Shown here in pieces: positions 62,419 to 64,000 of a stretch of DNA of 64,000 bases; the first letter of the stretch is position 1; each line of letters begins with the position of its first letter. Position numbers and translations under genes: made by a program. The stretch is from the NCBI GenBank assembly GCA_964016885.1, contig OZ024740.1:325810001-325874000 (forward strand), read 5' to 3'. This DNA comes from Eledone cirrhosa (lineage: Eukaryota). The notes below the pieces were generated by a model. That model did no database searches and had not been told where the DNA came from. It saw only the letters and a program-made list of their open reading frames with translations.

Positions 62419-62856
62419 ATGGAGGTGGTAAAAACAAATTAGACCATTACTCACAAGAAGACTCGATACTTGGTGTAGTAGAGTGGATAATATGAAAAAA
62501 TTCAGGACCCCGACAGCTGAGCTTTCAGCTGTTTCAACAGCTAGAGCTAGCTGCTGAAACGACCAGAGCTCAGCCATCAGGGTCCTGAATTTTTTCACAC
62601 ACATATATGTATATATATATATATGCACATGTTTATGTGTATGCATATATGTTTGTGTGTTGCAACATTAATCAGAGTGGTCCCTCATTAATACATAGAT
62701 CTGAAAACAGAAGGTTAATCCAATGACTATCACAATGTCTGATATAATGTAATGTTACATAGAATATTACCTCACTACATCCATAGAACCTGCTCCAGCT
62801 TTGAAGAAGTCTGTTGTATCATCTATGTCGATGTTCAATATAGATTTCCAAATTGC
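42698..62856 (-). CDS. ALDH1L1: 10-formyltetrahydrofolate dehydrogenase (ALDH1L1/ALDH1L2 family); last 16 coding exons covering the ACP and ALDH domains; hydrolase exons beyond the window end
   Basis: All 16 exons join in frame; phosphopantetheine motif [62 protein letters not shown] and terminal KTVTVEY*. L1 versus L2 cannot be resolved here. Confidence 0.95.
44010..44209 (-). CDS. ALDH1L exon
   Basis: [28 protein letters not shown]; AG/GT bounded. Confidence 0.95.
45372..45566 (+). mobile_element. tRNA-derived SINE (Meta-domain-like)
   Basis: Same family as 37540-37730; preceded by a duplicated 3' tail at ~45315-45370. Confidence 0.75.
45814..45919 (-). CDS. ALDH1L exon
   Basis: [28 protein letters not shown]. 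Confidence 0.93.
46393..46558 (-). CDS. ALDH1L exon
   Basis: [28 protein letters not shown]. Confidence 0.93.
47384..47482 (-). CDS. ALDH1L exon (catalytic Cys)
   Basis: [33 protein letters not shown]. Confidence 0.95.
47630..48135. repeat. Simple/16-bp minisatellite (GACATAGGCGCACAAA)n
   Basis: Visible tandem units in the ALDH1L intron. Confidence 0.85.
48313..48412 (-). CDS. ALDH1L exon (catalytic Glu)
   Basis: [33 protein letters not shown]. Confidence 0.95.
49686..49779 (-). CDS. ALDH1L exon
   Basis: [31 protein letters not shown]. Confidence 0.95.
50789..50876 (-). CDS. ALDH1L exon
   Basis: [30 protein letters not shown]. Confidence 0.95.
52248..52353 (-). CDS. ALDH1L exon
   Basis: [35 protein letters not shown]; AAG acceptor. 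Confidence 0.93.
54351..54778. mobile_element. Two adjacent TTAA-flanked piggyBac-type MITEs
   Basis: TTAA|CCCTTTA..CTAAAGGG|TTAA (54351-54562), then CCC..AAAAGGG|TTAA (54567-54778). Confidence 0.65.
54863..54933 (-). CDS. ALDH1L exon
   Basis: [24 protein letters not shown]. Confidence 0.93.
55817..55967 (-). CDS. ALDH1L exon
   Basis: [37 protein letters not shown]. Confidence 0.95.
56005..56645. repeat. Tandem/nested copies of an AT-rich TTAACCCTTT MITE family
   Basis: Repeated TTAACCCTTT..CATATTT..GAAGAATTTTGAGGGATTTA units ending AAAAGGTTTAA; related copies near 17650, 37155 and 61878. Confidence 0.55.
56655..56719 (-). CDS. ALDH1L exon
   Basis: [22 protein letters not shown]. Confidence 0.93.
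57894..58639. mobile_element. Possible hAT (Charlie-like) non-autonomous element with an inserted SINE
   Basis: Ends CATGGGTCTCAAA / TTGTGACCCCTA with 8-bp flanks ATCTAGAC / ATCTAGGA. Confidence 0.45.
59859..59921 (-). CDS. ALDH1L exon
   Basis: [21 protein letters not shown]. Confidence 0.93.
60305..60424 (-). CDS. ALDH1L exon
   Basis: [35 protein letters not shown]. Confidence 0.93.
61694..61841 (-). CDS. ALDH1L exon (ACP domain C-half)
   Basis: [30 protein letters not shown]. Confidence 0.9.
62771..62856 (-). CDS. ALDH1L exon (ACP phosphopantetheine Ser)
   Basis: [29 protein letters not shown]. Confidence 0.92.
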
Positions 62857-63049
62857 CTAGAAAGGAATGAAAAATTAAAAGTTGGCAAAATATGTGAATG
62901 AAATGTATATATTTTAAAATTAAGTGTCCTGTTCCCTCCAAGGTCATGGAGTGTGGCACTGCAAGAGAGAGCAAGTTACCACACCTTTAATCCATCTCTG
63001 CCATAAGCTAGGACTTGGGCTGTTGTGGAGTCTTTACTGGAGTTATCTG

Positions 63050-63565
63050 CCCATTTCTTCTTCAGACGTCTTTGTTTTCTTTTTCCCTGAACTGTTCATA
63101 GATGATAGTCTTGATCAATTCATCCTAGATACTCTAAACCCACTTTGATACTAATTTCTGTTTCCAAACCAGGAATTTCATTTTTCACTAAGAACCAGGT
63201 CATCAGCATACAGAAGTTCCATAGAAAGCCAGTCTTAAACTCCTCTGTTATAACCTAGAGAACTGTAATAAACAGGAGTGGGCTGAGGATGGAGCCCTGA
63301 TGAACACCTGTCTGCTTATTGAATTCCTCACTAAACTCATTAACTATTCTCACTTTACAGACAGTACTGCTCTTTACATGGTTTGCACTGTTCTTACAAG
63401 CAATTCTTCTACACCTAGTTTCCTTAAGGACGACCAGATGACAAATTGTGGTACTCTGTCAAATGCCTTTTCAACAAAGGCTAGATATAGTGGTTGACAC
63501 TTAGCTAAGAAATTCTCTTGTAATTGTCTCACTAAGAAAAAGGCATCAGTGGTGCTCCTCCCTAC
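63050..63565 (-). mobile_element. RTE-clade LINE reverse transcriptase fragment
   Basis: GRSTTDAFFLVRQLQE..LAFV.KAFDRVP, GVHQGSILSPLLF and ELLYADDLVL in broken frames. Confidence 0.85.
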
Positions 63566-63622
63566 CAGAGAGAGAGAGAGAGCAAGAGAGAGAGCAAGAG
63601 AGAGAGAGAGAGAGAGAGAGCA

Positions 63623-63654
<32 letters not shown>

Positions 63655-64000
63655 GGAGCAAGAGAACGAGAGAGAGAGATGTGAGCAAGAATGTGTATTT
63701 GTTATATTACCGTGAGATTTGAAACCATAGACTCTTCTTCTGGAGAAAGTTCCAGTTTCTCTGAGGAATCATCAACTTTACCATACTTGGAAGCCTTTAT
63801 CATCTTGCCACTGGCCAGCATTAATTGGGAGACATTCACCTGGAATTGGAGATAGGGAGTGAGAGAAGATTATAGTAGGAGTTGTTGTTGGTGGCGGAGG
63901 TGATGGTGAGAGAAGGGTATAGTGGGTTGTGATGGGGGTGAGCGAAGGTTATATTAGGTGGTGGTAGTGATGATTGTGGTGATAGTAGTGGTGTGTAGTG

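Overview
AT-rich, microsatellite-rich eukaryotic DNA with spliceosomal introns. The SINE and MITE repertoire suggests an octopod cephalopod, but this is an inference. Two convergent host genes are only partly inside the window. On + are the last 7 coding exons of a thioester-protein/alpha-2-macroglobulin family gene with an Mcr-type C-terminus (5908-21225). On - are the last 16 coding exons of a 10-formyltetrahydrofolate dehydrogenase, ALDH1L (62856 down to 42698). All exon phases join in frame. Introns and the intergenic region hold many mobile elements: two head-to-head Penelope-like elements (probably Naiad-type), a near-intact 5'-truncated CR1 LINE, an internally deleted piggyBac with derived TTAA MITEs, two Helitrons, a PHD-finger CRE-type retrotransposon, RTE fragments and tRNA-derived SINEs. 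One Penelope-like element has inverted pseudo-LTRs that each contain a hammerhead ribozyme with an unusually long stem II. The larger Helitron (about 8.4 kb) appears to carry a CpG-rich 27-bp higher-order satellite made of NRF1-like motifs plus an inverted copy of its own ends. Also seen are decayed hammerhead cores, intronic hairpins and duplicated splice-donor segments. All calls were made by eye with no database searches; repeat boundaries are approximate.
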